64,000 bases of DNA from Candidatus Woesearchaeota archaeon (lineage in GTDB: Archaea > Nanobdellota > Nanobdellia > Woesearchaeales > JABMPP01): positions 195,045 to 259,044 of the forward strand of contig JAGVYD010000009.1 in the NCBI GenBank assembly GCA_018303405.1, given 5' to 3'. The stretch's first letter is position 1; each line of letters starts with the position of its first letter. The notes below the pieces were generated by a model. That model worked only from the letters and a program-made list of their open reading frames with translations. It did no database searches and was not told the origin of the DNA. Shown here piece after piece: positions 9,723 through 20,000 of this stretch. Made by a program: the position numbers and the translations under genes.

Positions 9723-10679
9723 TTAATTAAGAGTGTGCGCCTTAATATTTTTAAATTCCTTCGCAAGCATTTCCCCGGCTTTTTTCGTGTACTTGCCAGT
9801 TGTGAGGAAAAGCACAGGCAGTTTTTTTATCTCGCCTTTTACATAAGCTGCACTCAAGTCAAGGTCAGAGCACCTTTGCTTGTTCTTGGCTTTGCAGTAA
9901 TAGGTAAGGCTGCCCACAGGGCTGGGCAATGTGAGTATGAAATCAATTTCGGTGTTTTTCTTAATAATCTCCTGTTCCACAACAGCTATTTTATGCTCTT
10001 CAAAATATGCAATTATCTGTCTGAGAAAATCATGGCCTGGTTGTTTCTGGGCAGCAAGTGGTTTGGGTTTTTTCTGTGCCTCTGATTTTTCCTTCTTCGC
10101 CTGCGCCAGGGTATCTGTATGACTAATTGTGCCAAGCAAATCTTTTTGGCCTGGACCTGCTATACTGGCTTTTTCAGCCTTTATCATTTCTCCTGCTACT
10201 TCATCACCGGCAACAGAACCCCTGCTTTCCTTTTCGGCCATGCCAATTTTCTTTTTTATTATTTCCTCTGCCTCAGAGTTTGGAAGCATGTACCATTTCC
10301 AAAAAATATGTTTGTCTTCTCCTATACTGACTTCAAATGGCTTGGCATAGTCCTTTATTTGCCTCAATGCAACACGGTACAGCGGCTCAAGCTCGGCGTC
10401 TGAAAGCACTTTGCTTTCCCTGAGCATCTTGCATGCCCTTTGCTCTTTTTCAGGAAGATACTTGGAAAATTCCTGAAGCCGGTCTTCCTGGCCCTCAAGA
10501 TAGTACACAGGAGAGCCACCGACTTTGACATGAGTCAGGTGCAACCCTCCCCTATCCACAAGCTCTGCCAGCAGCGCTGATGCAAAGAGATTGTTGACAT
10601 TGAGGTGCCTTGCTATCTCTGCAGGTATAACCGGGCCTTTCTGCTTTACAAAATCCAGGATTTTTTCATTGGCGCCCAT
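9723..10679 (-). CDS. Hypothetical DNA-binding protein: tandem winged-helix-like N-terminus, KE-rich linker, C-terminal PD-(D/E)XK-like module
   Basis: The tracked start is TTG and was moved to the ATG (MGANEKILDF...). The wH-like segments, and the C-terminal EIDFILTL...YYCKAKNK (D...xK arrangement), are by-eye calls only. No family was recognised. Confidence 0.4.
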   Translation of the reverse strand: MGANEKILDFVKQKGPVIPAEIARHLNVNNLFASALLAELVDRGGLHLTHVKVGGSPVYYLEGQEDRLQEFSKYLPEKEQRACKMLRESKVLSDAELEPLYRVALRQIKDYAKPFEVSIGEDKHIFWKWYMLPNSEAEEIIKKKIGMAEKESRGSVAGDEVAGEMIKAEKASIAGPGQKDLLGTISHTDTLAQAKKEKSEAQKKPKPLAAQKQPGHDFLRQIIAYFEEHKIAVVEQEIIKKNTEIDFILTLPSPVGSLTYYCKAKNKQRCSDLDLSAAYVKGEIKKLPVLFLTTGKYTKKAGEMLAKEFKNIKAHTLN

Positions 10680-10766
10680 AGTGAAAAACAAAGAAAGTCA
10701 ATTTATATATTTTTGGATGGCATTGCTGTAATTTGGGGGAGGGCTTGTTCATGGTGAAGGTGACAA

Positions 10767-11354
10767 CTATGGCCTCACCCATTTAATTTCATAATAAGTG
10801 ACATCGTTCTCATCATCGACAATGCCCACCAGCAGCCTTTTTTTTGTGGAATGCGCAACGCGGTTTTTTGCTGCAAACTCATGCCACGTCAGGTTTGAAC
10901 TCTCACCCACAGGATAAAGAACCCACTTGGCATGGTCCTGGCCCGGCTTGACCCCCCGGTCATACACCCGAAAATCCGCACCAAATTTCAGGGCAGTTTT
11001 TATTATATACCCCCTGTTGCGGATATCCCTGAAAACAACATATTTTGTCCAGAAATTTTTTTCATGCCTTTTTGCCTTTTTGAGAAAACTGTCCGGCAAA
11101 ACCTCATTATTCCTGCTATCTGCCAAATGCAGCTTCTTTTTTTCAATCAGATAGTAGGTTTCCAGGTAGGAAAGCTGCAGCCTGCCGTCCTCCAAAAAAG
11201 AGCCATATCCACTGTTTTGCCCCAGTTCCCTTGCCTGGTCGGTATTGAAGGTTATGATGCGGTCATTGCTGTATATGGCATTGACCAATTCCTTGGCCCT
11301 GACAATATTCTTTGGCATTTCCTTTTTATCCTGCCTATCCTGTTTTTTTGGCAT
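10767..11354 (-). CDS. endA: tRNA-splicing endonuclease (tRNA-intron lyase)
   Basis: YVVFRDIRNRGYIIKTALKFGADFRVYDRG......HAKWVLYP is the catalytic C-terminal domain signature (Y..H..K). Trimmed to the internal ATG (MPKKQDR...). Confidence 0.88.
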   Translation of the reverse strand: MPKKQDRQDKKEMPKNIVRAKELVNAIYSNDRIITFNTDQARELGQNSGYGSFLEDGRLQLSYLETYYLIEKKKLHLADSRNNEVLPDSFLKKAKRHEKNFWTKYVVFRDIRNRGYIIKTALKFGADFRVYDRGVKPGQDHAKWVLYPVGESSNLTWHEFAAKNRVAHSTKKRLLVGIVDDENDVTYYEIKWVRP

Positions 11355-11507
11355 GGCATGGCAGTACCTTAGGAGCTTATAAGCTTTTAGTTTTAAGGTA
11401 TGCGAAAATAATGAGAATGAAGGAAGGGGGAAAAGAGGCAACTGGCCGGTGGGCTTTCATTCTGAAGAAAGGATATAGTTAAATAGTATGCAGAATTGCC
11501 TTTTTCC

Positions 11508-12401
11508 ATGATTGAAGTGCTATTCTTGGGCACAAGTTGCATGAAGCCCACAAAGGAAAGGAATCCTGCGGCAGTCCTGATTAGCTATGCCGGTGAAGGC
11601 ATCCTAATGGACTGTGGGGAAGGCACGCAAAGACAGTTCAGGGCAATCGATATGAAGCCCACAAAAGTGACAAAAATACTGATAACGCACTGGCACGGGG
11701 ACCATGTTCTCGGGCTGCCCGGCTTATTGCAGACTATCGGAAGCGAGGACAGACCAAAGACCATTGAAATTTACGGGCCCAGAGGAACCAAGAAATTTTT
11801 TGAGAATATGGCCCATTCATTTTATTTTGACCGGGTCCTGGACATGAAAATTGTTGAGGTCGAGAACGGCCGATTTTTTGAGAACGAGAGCTTTGCGCTG
11901 GAGGCAATGGAGCTGGAGCACAATGTGCCGACGCTCGGCTATGCCTTCGTGGAAAAGGATAGAAGGAGGATTAGTGTTCCATTCGTCAAAAAGCTTGGCA
12001 TACCTGATGGACCCCTGCTCGGGAAGTTGCAGATGGGCAAGGATATAGAATGGAAAGGGAAAAAAGTCACTGCAGAGGAAGCCACTTCAATTGTCAAAGG
12101 CAAGAAAATAGCTTATATAACCGATACTGCCATTTGCAAAAATTGCATCACACTAGCACAGGATGCAGACCTTCTGATTTCAGAGTCTGTTTATGAAGAG
12201 GGCCTGCATGAGAAGGCCAGCCAGTATAAGCACATGACAGCGGTCCAGGCAGCTTCAATTGCAAACACAGCAAATGTAAAAAAGCTTGTCCTGACGCATT
12301 TCAGCCAAAGATACAAGACAACTGAAAAAGTGCAGGAGGAGGCAAAAGCGCATTTCAGCAATGTGCTTTGTGCATATGATTTCTTGAAGGTCAAGGTATA
12401 G
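11508..12401 (+). CDS. rnz: Ribonuclease Z (tRNA 3' endonuclease)
   Basis: Metallo-beta-lactamase HWHGDHVLGLPGLLQT (HxHxDH), MIEVLFLGTS start and C-terminal THFSQRY. The tracked start 11496 is TTG, so the ATG at 11508 is used. Confidence 0.9.
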   Translation: MIEVLFLGTSCMKPTKERNPAAVLISYAGEGILMDCGEGTQRQFRAIDMKPTKVTKILITHWHGDHVLGLPGLLQTIGSEDRPKTIEIYGPRGTKKFFENMAHSFYFDRVLDMKIVEVENGRFFENESFALEAMELEHNVPTLGYAFVEKDRRRISVPFVKKLGIPDGPLLGKLQMGKDIEWKGKKVTAEEATSIVKGKKIAYITDTAICKNCITLAQDADLLISESVYEEGLHEKASQYKHMTAVQAASIANTANVKKLVLTHFSQRYKTTEKVQEEAKAHFSNVLCAYDFLKVKV

Positions 12402-12508
12402 GAAGAAGGACTTAATCGGTAGAAATGGATGGCCAAAGGGAATTCCTGGTTCAAATGGCAAGAACAGACTGAGATTGCCGGGCACAACAGGATTAAGGTT
12501 ATTAATTG

Positions 12509-12730
12509 TTAGGATTTTATGGCAAGAGTTACGTCTGAAGCCTTGATGGTTTTTCTACCGGCGTGGCCAGCCAGCTTCACGGCATTAATGCTCACGGTTT
12601 CAGCAATCTCTTCAAGATACACCTTAAGTTCTTCTTTTGCTGAGTCTGAGACTCTTTCAGCGCCAGATTTTTTCAAAATCTTGTCCATTGACGCGAGTGG
12701 CAAGGTTCTTTTGATATTTTTTTGGCCCAT
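12509..12730 (-). CDS. Archaeal histone (HMf family)
   Basis: 73 aa. LPLASMDKILKKSGAERVSDSAKEELKVYLEEIAETVSINAVKLAGHAGRKTIKASDVTLAIK is a single histone fold. Confidence 0.9.
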   Translation of the reverse strand: MGQKNIKRTLPLASMDKILKKSGAERVSDSAKEELKVYLEEIAETVSINAVKLAGHAGRKTIKASDVTLAIKS

Positions 12731-12867
12731 TGCGCTTAACCTGTGATGGCTGGCAACAATACAGACATATGCTAATTATTGCGTGATTTTTATATAAATT
12801 CTTTGGTTTTGGCAGGTTTGGGAAACATTTTTATTGCTTGAAAAGTTGAGGGGATTTGGGGATTGAA

Positions 12868-13254
12868 ATGTCGCATAAAAGCAAAGGCACGGCAGGAGAA
12901 CGAGAATTGGTAAAGAGATTCTGGGACAATGGATGGGCTGCAATCCGCAGCCCGGGGTCAGGCTCATCGCGATTGCCGAGCCCCGATATCATTGCCGGCA
13001 CAAGAACGAGAAAAATAGTCATTGAGGCAAAAATGACCAAAGATGACAGGAAGTACTTTGAGGATGAAGAAATCGCGCAGATCAGGAAATTTGGTGAAGT
13101 CTTTGGCGCAGAGCCGTGGGTTGCTGTGAAATTCAAAGGAGAGGACTGGCTGTTTCTTACGCTGGAGGACCTTGCAAAAACTGAGAAGGGGTCTGCAATA
13201 ACAAAGGATATCGCCAAAATCAAAGGCTTGCTCCTGGAAGAAGTGATAAAATAG
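12868..13254 (+). CDS. hjc: Holliday junction resolvase Hjc
   Basis: KGTAGERELVKRFWDNGWAAIRSPGSG...DIIAG....IVIEAK is the Hjc PD-(D/E)XK signature. The tracked start 12856 is TTG, so the ATG at 12868 is used. It is divergent from the histone gene. Confidence 0.9.
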   Translation: MSHKSKGTAGERELVKRFWDNGWAAIRSPGSGSSRLPSPDIIAGTRTRKIVIEAKMTKDDRKYFEDEEIAQIRKFGEVFGAEPWVAVKFKGEDWLFLTLEDLAKTEKGSAITKDIAKIKGLLLEEVIK

Positions 13255-13380
13255 GAAAAGGAAAGCTCGGAGGGCTTAGAGGACATTAAGAGAAAGTTTT
13301 TTATATTAGTACGTGTACAATTGGTGCATTATCATATATGTGAAGTCATATTGGGCGACATAAAAAAAGGAGGGATATGA

Positions 13381-13602
13381 ATGGCACTTGACCAACTTGA
13401 AGTTGTTACTTTATCGATAATTATCGGCACATTGGCCGCAATTGTTTACAGTCTCAGGATTCTGGTCCTTCTCGAGCGAAGAATTGCACGAATGGATGAC
13501 AATATAGAAAGGATTACATACAGGATAATGCAGGAAGAGCTGAAAATTGAGCAGGAAGAAAAAGACATAGAAAAAGCCATGAGCAGGAAGAAAAGGAGAT
13601 AA
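13381..13602 (+). CDS. Small membrane protein (one TM helix plus a charged coiled-coil tail), hypothetical
   Basis: The hydrophobic segment VVTLSIIIGTLAAIVYSLRILVLL is followed by a KE-rich helix. GGAGGG lies about 6 nt upstream of the ATG. Confidence 0.4.
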   Translation: MALDQLEVVTLSIIIGTLAAIVYSLRILVLLERRIARMDDNIERITYRIMQEELKIEQEEKDIEKAMSRKKRR

Positions 13603-13795
13603 TCCTTTTTTCTATTTATTTTATGCTTAGTTTATACGGCCTGATTCTTATTTGGATTATTAGTCTGGTTTTCTGGTGGGGCCCTATAAAATACCGCAGT
13701 TAGTGTAATGGAATAGCAGACAATTTCTGGTTTGTGGCATATTGGTAGAAGGGGAGAGTTGGGGGGTTTGTGGTGGGCCTGTTTGAGAGGGTGTT

Positions 13796-13814
13796 GTTTC
13801 CTATGGAGATTTGG
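13796..13814 (+). repeat. ORB-like element, left (GTTTCCTATGGAGATTTGG)
   Basis: Its reverse complement, TCTCCATAGGAAAC, matches the right element TTTCCATAGGAAAT at 12 of 14 positions. The dyad core TTCC-N3-GGAA resembles the mini-ORB core of characterised archaeal origins. Confidence 0.6.
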
Positions 13815-14140
13815 AAGATGCTTCGGGGTATGTGTTTAGATGGTTCGGGGTTATTTTTTGTTGTTTTTGGGGTTATTTATGATTAAATTTTTTAATTTTC
13901 CGGGTAAATGTGGTTTTGTTGGCTCATCATTTTTTTGTTATTATTTATTATCTATATAGAAAATAATAATATATAATATATTATAATATATAAAAAGTGC
14001 GTACACAATAAAAAATACCAGAAAGGAGATAAAAATATAATTAATGAATGATATATAACTCCTATTCCAAAACCCATAAAAAATTCAGAAAAAACCCCCT
14101 TTAATAACCAAAAACATAACCAAAAACCCCTGAATAAATG

Positions 14141-14160
14141 GTTTCCATAGGAAATGAAGG
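14141..14160 (+). repeat. ORB-like element, right (GTTTCCATAGGAAATGAAGG)
   Basis: Inverted partner of the 13796 element. It is followed by a G-rich stretch (GAAGGGGTGTGGTG), like the G-string of ORBs. Confidence 0.6.
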
Positions 14161-14187
14161 GGTGTGGTGTATACTGGAGCACACAAA

Positions 14188-14198
14188 ACTATATAAAG
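14188..14198 (+). promoter_or_regulatory. TATA box of the orc1/cdc6-polD operon
   Basis: ACTATATAAAG is centred about 27 nt upstream of the ATG at 14221, spacing that implies a leaderless mRNA. Confidence 0.45.
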
Positions 14199-14220
14199 CC
14201 CCCGCTTCTTCTGGAAAATC

Positions 14221-15438
14221 ATGGCTCAAAGGGGGTTAAGCATCTTTTTTGAAAATTTTCTCAAAAAACAGTCTTTGTTTGCTAATAAAAAAGCCATCCA
14301 AACGACCTACATGCCGGAGTCTATTTCACACAGGGACAGCCAAATACAACAGCTGGCTAATATACTGGCGCCTTCCCTAAAATTAGAAACTCCCTCAAAT
14401 GTTTTTGTTTATGGCAAAACCGGAACAGGCAAAACACTCTGTGTCAAATATGTTTCTGAGCAAATAAGCCAGGTAGCAAAAAAACAGGAAATCCCAGTCA
14501 AAATCCTCTACATAAACTGCAAAATGAAAAAAATTGCGGACACCGAGTACAGGCTCATTGCGCAACTTGCCCGGGAGTTTGGCAAGGCAATACCTGCAAC
14601 AGGCCTGCCCACAGATGAGGTGTATAAGGCCTTTTTCAATGCAATAGACGGGCAAAGGCAATCGGTCATCATTGTCCTGGATGAGATTGACCAGCTCATC
14701 AAGAAAAGCGGGGACGAAATACTTTACAACCTGACCAGGGCAAACTCCGAATTCAATAACAGCCACATCTCAATTGTGGGGATATCAAACGATCTGCTGT
14801 TTGCCGATAACCTTGACCCGCGAATCAAAAGCAGCCTTTCCGAGGAAGAGGTCACCTTCGCGCCGTACAATGCGGTGCAGCTTCAGCAAATCTTAAAGCA
14901 GAGAGGGAAAGAGGCATTCAAGGAAAATGTTTTAGGGGAAGGCACTATTGAAAAATGCTCAGCCTTCGCGGCATGGGAGCATGGGGACGCAAGGCGGGCC
15001 CTTGACCTTCTGAGGGTCGCAGGGGAAGTTGCAGAAAGGGAAGGCTCGCAAACCGTTGAAATTACGCATGTAGACCAGGCAGAAGAAAAACTTGAGAAAG
15101 AAAGGGTTCTTGAAATAACAGCGACCCAGCCGCGCCAGACCCAGACCTTGTTATATTCAATCGTTGCGCTTAGCCCAAAGGAGAACCAAACCATTTTTAC
15201 TGGCGAAGTTTATGAAATATACAAAAAGCTATGTTTCAAGACAAATATAAGGCCGCTGACAATCCGCAGAATTTCCGACATCATTGCCGAGCTTGATATG
15301 CAGGGGATAATCAGCACAAGAACAATCTCCAAGGGCAGATATGGGAGGACACGTGAAATCTCTTTATCAATACCACACCACCTCAAGGGCAACATGGAAA
15401 AGCTCCTGAAGGAGGCGCTGGAAATACAAGATGGGTAA
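14221..15438 (+). CDS. cdc6: Orc1/Cdc6 replication initiator
   Basis: 405 aa with AAA+ Walker A VYGKTGTGKTLCV, Walker B IIVLDEID, sensor regions, and a C-terminal winged helix (GDARRALDLLR...). Confidence 0.95.
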   Translation: MAQRGLSIFFENFLKKQSLFANKKAIQTTYMPESISHRDSQIQQLANILAPSLKLETPSNVFVYGKTGTGKTLCVKYVSEQISQVAKKQEIPVKILYINCKMKKIADTEYRLIAQLAREFGKAIPATGLPTDEVYKAFFNAIDGQRQSVIIVLDEIDQLIKKSGDEILYNLTRANSEFNNSHISIVGISNDLLFADNLDPRIKSSLSEEEVTFAPYNAVQLQQILKQRGKEAFKENVLGEGTIEKCSAFAAWEHGDARRALDLLRVAGEVAEREGSQTVEITHVDQAEEKLEKERVLEITATQPRQTQTLLYSIVALSPKENQTIFTGEVYEIYKKLCFKTNIRPLTIRRISDIIAELDMQGIISTRTISKGRYGRTREISLSIPHHLKGNMEKLLKEALEIQDG

Positions 15439-17011
15439 CACAAAATTGCTGGAAAAAAAGAATTTCATAGACCAATGCATACGCAATGGAGTATTGCTAA
15501 ACAAGGAATTCCTGGACAGCATTGATGATTTCTCAGCTGTAAATCCCTTGGACCTTGCAAGGAAAGACATGGCAGTTATAGCGCGATACAACACCAAAGA
15601 CCTGGCAGAGCTTTCCCCGCAAGAAATAGAACGCAAGACGGTTTATATTGAAAAAAAGAGGCAGATTTCCGCTCTTGAAATTGCTTCGCCAGGTTCAGAC
15701 CCTGGGCCCAAGGATCCCCTGGCTGAGCATATGCACGGGGTTCGTGGAAACGCCCTGCTTGGAACCATCAAAGTTGTGCACTCCTATTCGGAGAAAGCCA
15801 AAAAGAGGGAAGTTCAGGATTTTGTCGGGTATTTCAATGCCAGGTACAGGTCCATCGAAAAGCTGCTCAGAAACAGGCAGGAACTTGGCGCCGTAACATC
15901 AATATCCCGCGTGCTAACCAAGAAGGACAAGGAAACAGTTTCCGTGATTGGCATGGTAAAGGAAATTAACCTGACCAAGAACGGAAATATGAGCATGACA
16001 ATAGAAGACCCCTCTGGGGAAATTAATATAATCGTCAATAAAACCAAGCCCCGGCTTTTTTCATTTGCATGCAACATCACCCCAGACGAAATTCTCGGAG
16101 TCACAGGCGCAAATTCCAACAAGGTCATTTTTGCCAACAACATAATCCATCCTGACATACCCAACAAAGAAATGAAAAAATGCAATGATGAGACTTACGC
16201 CCTGTTCCTATCTGACCTCCACGTCGGCTCCAACCATTTCCTGGAAGAAAAGTTTGAGCGTTTTTTGAAATGGATTAACCAAGAATCAGGCAACGACGAG
16301 CAAAGAAATATCGCGGCCAAGACAAAATACATCTTTTTTCTGGGGGATATTGTTGATGGCGTAGGAGTATACCCCAACCAGGAATTGGACCAAAACATAA
16401 AGGATGTAAACGCGCAATATGAAAAATGCTTTGAGCTGTTTTCCAAAATACCATCACACATCAACCTTATCATCTGCCCGGGGAATCATGACGCCTTAAG
16501 GATTGAAGAGCCGCAGCCGCCGTTTTATCCTGATTTTTCTGGCAGGTTCCTGCAAATTCCAAATGCAACATATGTCAGCAATCCAAGCTTTGTCAATATC
16601 CATTCCTCAGAAAATTTCTCCGGGTTTGATGTGCTTATCTACCATGGTTACAGTTTTGATTATTACATCGCCAATATAGACCAGATAAGGACAAGTGGCG
16701 GGTATGACCGGGCAGACCTTGTTATGAAATATCTTCTTGAAAGAAGGCACCTGGCGCCAACCCACACATCGACGCTTTACATTCCCGACTCTGAAAAAGA
16801 CATACTCGTGATAGAGCAAGTACCGGATTTTTTCGTTACAGGGCACCTTCACAAAACATCAGTTTCCCAGTACAAGGCCACAACCCTCATCAGCGGCTCG
16901 TGCTGGCAGGACATCACAAACTACCAGATTAAAGTTGGGCACCATCCAGAGCCTGGGCGTGTGCCCGTTGTCAACTTAAAGACAAGGGAAATGAGGATAT
17001 TGAGGTTTTAG
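15431..17011 (+). CDS. dp1: DNA polymerase D small subunit (DP1, exonuclease)
   Basis: 526 aa with an OB domain and a calcineurin-like phosphoesterase core (FLSDLHVGS, GDIVDG, PGNHD, GHLH). Overlaps the orc1 stop by 8 nt. Confidence 0.95.
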   Translation: MGNTKLLEKKNFIDQCIRNGVLLNKEFLDSIDDFSAVNPLDLARKDMAVIARYNTKDLAELSPQEIERKTVYIEKKRQISALEIASPGSDPGPKDPLAEHMHGVRGNALLGTIKVVHSYSEKAKKREVQDFVGYFNARYRSIEKLLRNRQELGAVTSISRVLTKKDKETVSVIGMVKEINLTKNGNMSMTIEDPSGEINIIVNKTKPRLFSFACNITPDEILGVTGANSNKVIFANNIIHPDIPNKEMKKCNDETYALFLSDLHVGSNHFLEEKFERFLKWINQESGNDEQRNIAAKTKYIFFLGDIVDGVGVYPNQELDQNIKDVNAQYEKCFELFSKIPSHINLIICPGNHDALRIEEPQPPFYPDFSGRFLQIPNATYVSNPSFVNIHSSENFSGFDVLIYHGYSFDYYIANIDQIRTSGGYDRADLVMKYLLERRHLAPTHTSTLYIPDSEKDILVIEQVPDFFVTGHLHKTSVSQYKATTLISGSCWQDITNYQIKVGHHPEPGRVPVVNLKTREMRILRF

Positions 17012-17012
17012 A

Positions 17013-20000
17013 ATGAAAGCAGCAAGCCCGGCCATGCAGGATTACTTCAGGAATGTGCAGGAAAAGGTTGACAAGGCCTATGACCAAGCAACAAAGGCAA
17101 GGTTAAGGATGCTGGATCCTGAAAACCACGTTGACATCATCTTGGCAAAGAACATGGCTGAGCGGGTGGAAGGACTTGTCAGGGAAGTTTCGCCGAACCT
17201 TGCCGGAAGCGGCATGGTCGAGCAGATTTATGAGTACGAGAAACAATACAACATGCTTGACTGGAGAGTTGCATTCAAAATTGCAGAAGATGTTGCCAAG
17301 CAGAAATTCTGCAAATTCAATACAGAAGAAGAAGCAATGGAGGCAGGGATAAGGGTCGGGTTTGCCTACCTGACTTTGGGGATTGTGTCTGCGCCGCTGG
17401 AAGGATTTACTTTTTTAAAGATCAAGCAGAGGCAGGATGGCAAGAAATACCTTTCCCTATGGTACTCCGGGCCCGTAAGGGGGGCCGGCGGGACTGCCGC
17501 AGCAACTTCAGTCGTGCTGGGGGACTACATCCGACAATGCATGGGATATGACACCTATGACCCGACAGAAGAGGAGATTAGCCGCTATGTGCGGGAAATC
17601 CAAGATTACCATGAACGCGTCACAAACCTGCAATATTTTCCGAGCGAAGACGAGCTTAGGTTCATGGCCAAGCACTTGCCAGTCGAGATCAATGGCGAGC
17701 CCACTGAAATATTCCAGGTTTCAAACCACAAGGATTTGCCAAGGGTGGAAACAAGGTATATCCGGGGGGGCCTGTGCCTTGTAATTGCTGAAGGGCTCTG
17801 CCAGAAGGCGCCAAAATTATGGCTCAGGCTCAATAAGTGGGGGAAGGACTTTGGCCTGGGGCATTGGGGGTTTATGCAGGAATTTCTTGACCTGCAAAAA
17901 GCTGTCAAGGCAAGAAAAACAAAAGAAACAACAAAGGAAAGGAAAATAACCCCCAATTATGTTTACATTCAGGACCTTGTGGCAGGAAGGCCCGTGCTGA
18001 CCTACCCTATGAGGGCAGGCGGATTCAGGCTGAGATATGGCAGGTCCAGGATTTCAGGATTTTCTTCTGCTTCAATACATCCTGCCACTATGCACCTGCT
18101 CAACAAATACATTGCAACAGGGACGCAACTGAAGCTTGAAAGGCCGGGGAAAGCCACAGCATTAACACCAAACGACGCAATAGAAGGCCCCATAGTCAAG
18201 CTCATAGATGGCTCGGTAGTCCGGGTTGACACAGAGACTGATGCAAAAAGGTGCGCGGAATTTGTCAAGGAAATCCTTTTCCTTGGGGACATTCTGTCCA
18301 GTTATGGTGATTTTTCAGAAAATGGGCATGTCCTGGTCCCTGCCGGCTATAACGAAGATATTTTTTCAGCGGAGATGGAGGCAAAGCTGATTGAAAAATT
18401 CGGGGCTGAATGGAAAGACAAATTGCCAATGGGCGCTGGCCCTACCGAAGCTGCAGATAAAAATAAAATTGAGAATGCCAAAGGCATTACTGTCCCGGCC
18501 GAGACCATAATCTCCATTGTCGATAACCCACACACAACCAAGATTGATGCATCACAATCAATTTCATTGTCCAAGACTTTTGGCATGCCTTTGCATCCTT
18601 ATTACACTTATCATTGGGGGATACTGAGCAAACAGGAATTGATAGAGTTTGCCGGATGGCTCCAGCAGATGAAGGTTGTTGAGGAGAATGGGGGGTTAGC
18701 CAAGATTGTATTGCCGCTTGAAGATGCCAAAAAGCACGCGGAGACAATTGGCTTGCCTTGCGTTGTGGCCAGCAAGGAACTAGTTATACTTGACAGGGAC
18801 AATGGCCTGGCAGTGATGCACACTTTGGGCATAGAAAATAGCAATGATGCCAGGATGGCGCTTCTAAAAATCAAGGAAATGCCTTCGGACAACGTGCTGG
18901 CAATAATCAATGCTTTGTCCAAGATGGAAATAAAGGACAAGTCAGGCACTTTCATCGGAGCCAGGATGGGCAGGCCAGAAAAGGCCAAAATGAGAAGGCT
19001 GTCAAACAGCCCGCATGCACTTTTTCCTATCGGGGATGAAGGAGGGAGGCTTAGGAGCGTTCAGTCCGCATTGGAGTCCGGAAAGGTGACAGCAGATTTT
19101 CCAAGCTATCAGTGCCCCAAATGCGGCACTGATTCAATCTTCGCGGTCTGTATTAAATGCAGGGGGCCAACAGAGAAAGTTGGCTTTTGCAAAATCTGCG
19201 GGAAAATTCCTGGAACGTTCTGCCCACGGCATGGAGAAATACCTGGGTTTATGCACAGAAGCATAGCAATCAAGGAGTATTTTGATGCCGAACTGGAAAA
19301 TATCGGGATGAAAACTTTTCCTGACCTGATAAAAGGGGTGAGGGGGACCTCCAACAGAAACCACGTTTCAGAGCATCTTGCAAAAGGCATTTTCAGGGCA
19401 AAATATGACCTGTATGTCAATAAGGATGGCACAGTCAGATATGACATGACTGAACTGCCGCTAACTCATTTCAAGCCAAAGGAAATCGGAATTTCGCTGG
19501 GCAAACTGAAACAGCTTGGCTATGACAAAGATATTCATGGAAACAAAATCAAAGACGAGAACCAGATTATTGAACTTAAGCCACAAGACATAATCTTGCC
19601 AGCATCATTAGGCGGCACAGATGAGTCAGCTGATGATATCCTGTTCAGGACCTCAAAATTTATCGATGATTTGCTCCTAAATTTCTACAAGATGGAGCCA
19701 TTTTATGATTTCAAGAGCAAGGACCACCTGATTGGGGAATTGGTCATTGGGCTGGCGCCCCATATCTCAGCAGGCATGATAGGCCGCATAATAGGATTCT
19801 CAGAAACGCAGGCGTGCTTTGCCCACCCTTATTGGCATGCCGCGCTAAGAAGGGACTGCGATGGTGACGAATGCTGTGTCATGCTTTTGATGGATGGCCT
19901 GCTAAATTTTTCAAGGCAATTCCTCCCTGACAAAAGGGGCAGCCGCACTATGGACTCCCCGCTGGTGCTGACCTCCCAGCTCGTTCCGGCAGAGGTTGAT

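Larger units (their letters stand above)
13740..14165. other. Chromosomal replication origin (oriC): inverted ORB-like elements flanking an AT-rich unwinding element
   Basis: Non-coding gap directly upstream of orc1/cdc6. The left arm is G/T-rich on the plus strand (GGGGAGAGTTGGGGGGTTTGTGGTGGG, TTTTTGGGGTTAT). The right arm is the C/A-rich mirror (AAAAACCCCC, AACCAAAAACCCC). The centre, about 13935-14055, is almost pure A/T. Confidence 0.7.

Noticed and set aside
12831-13286. 151-aa minus-strand ORF covering hjc.
   Set aside because: It is antisense to a clear Hjc signature, and it would overlap the histone promoter region.
13952-14182. 76-aa minus-strand ORF inside the orc1 upstream gap.
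   Set aside because: It lies in the nearly pure A/T unwinding element and its translation is low-complexity (I/Y/F/L-rich). It is explained by the origin architecture.
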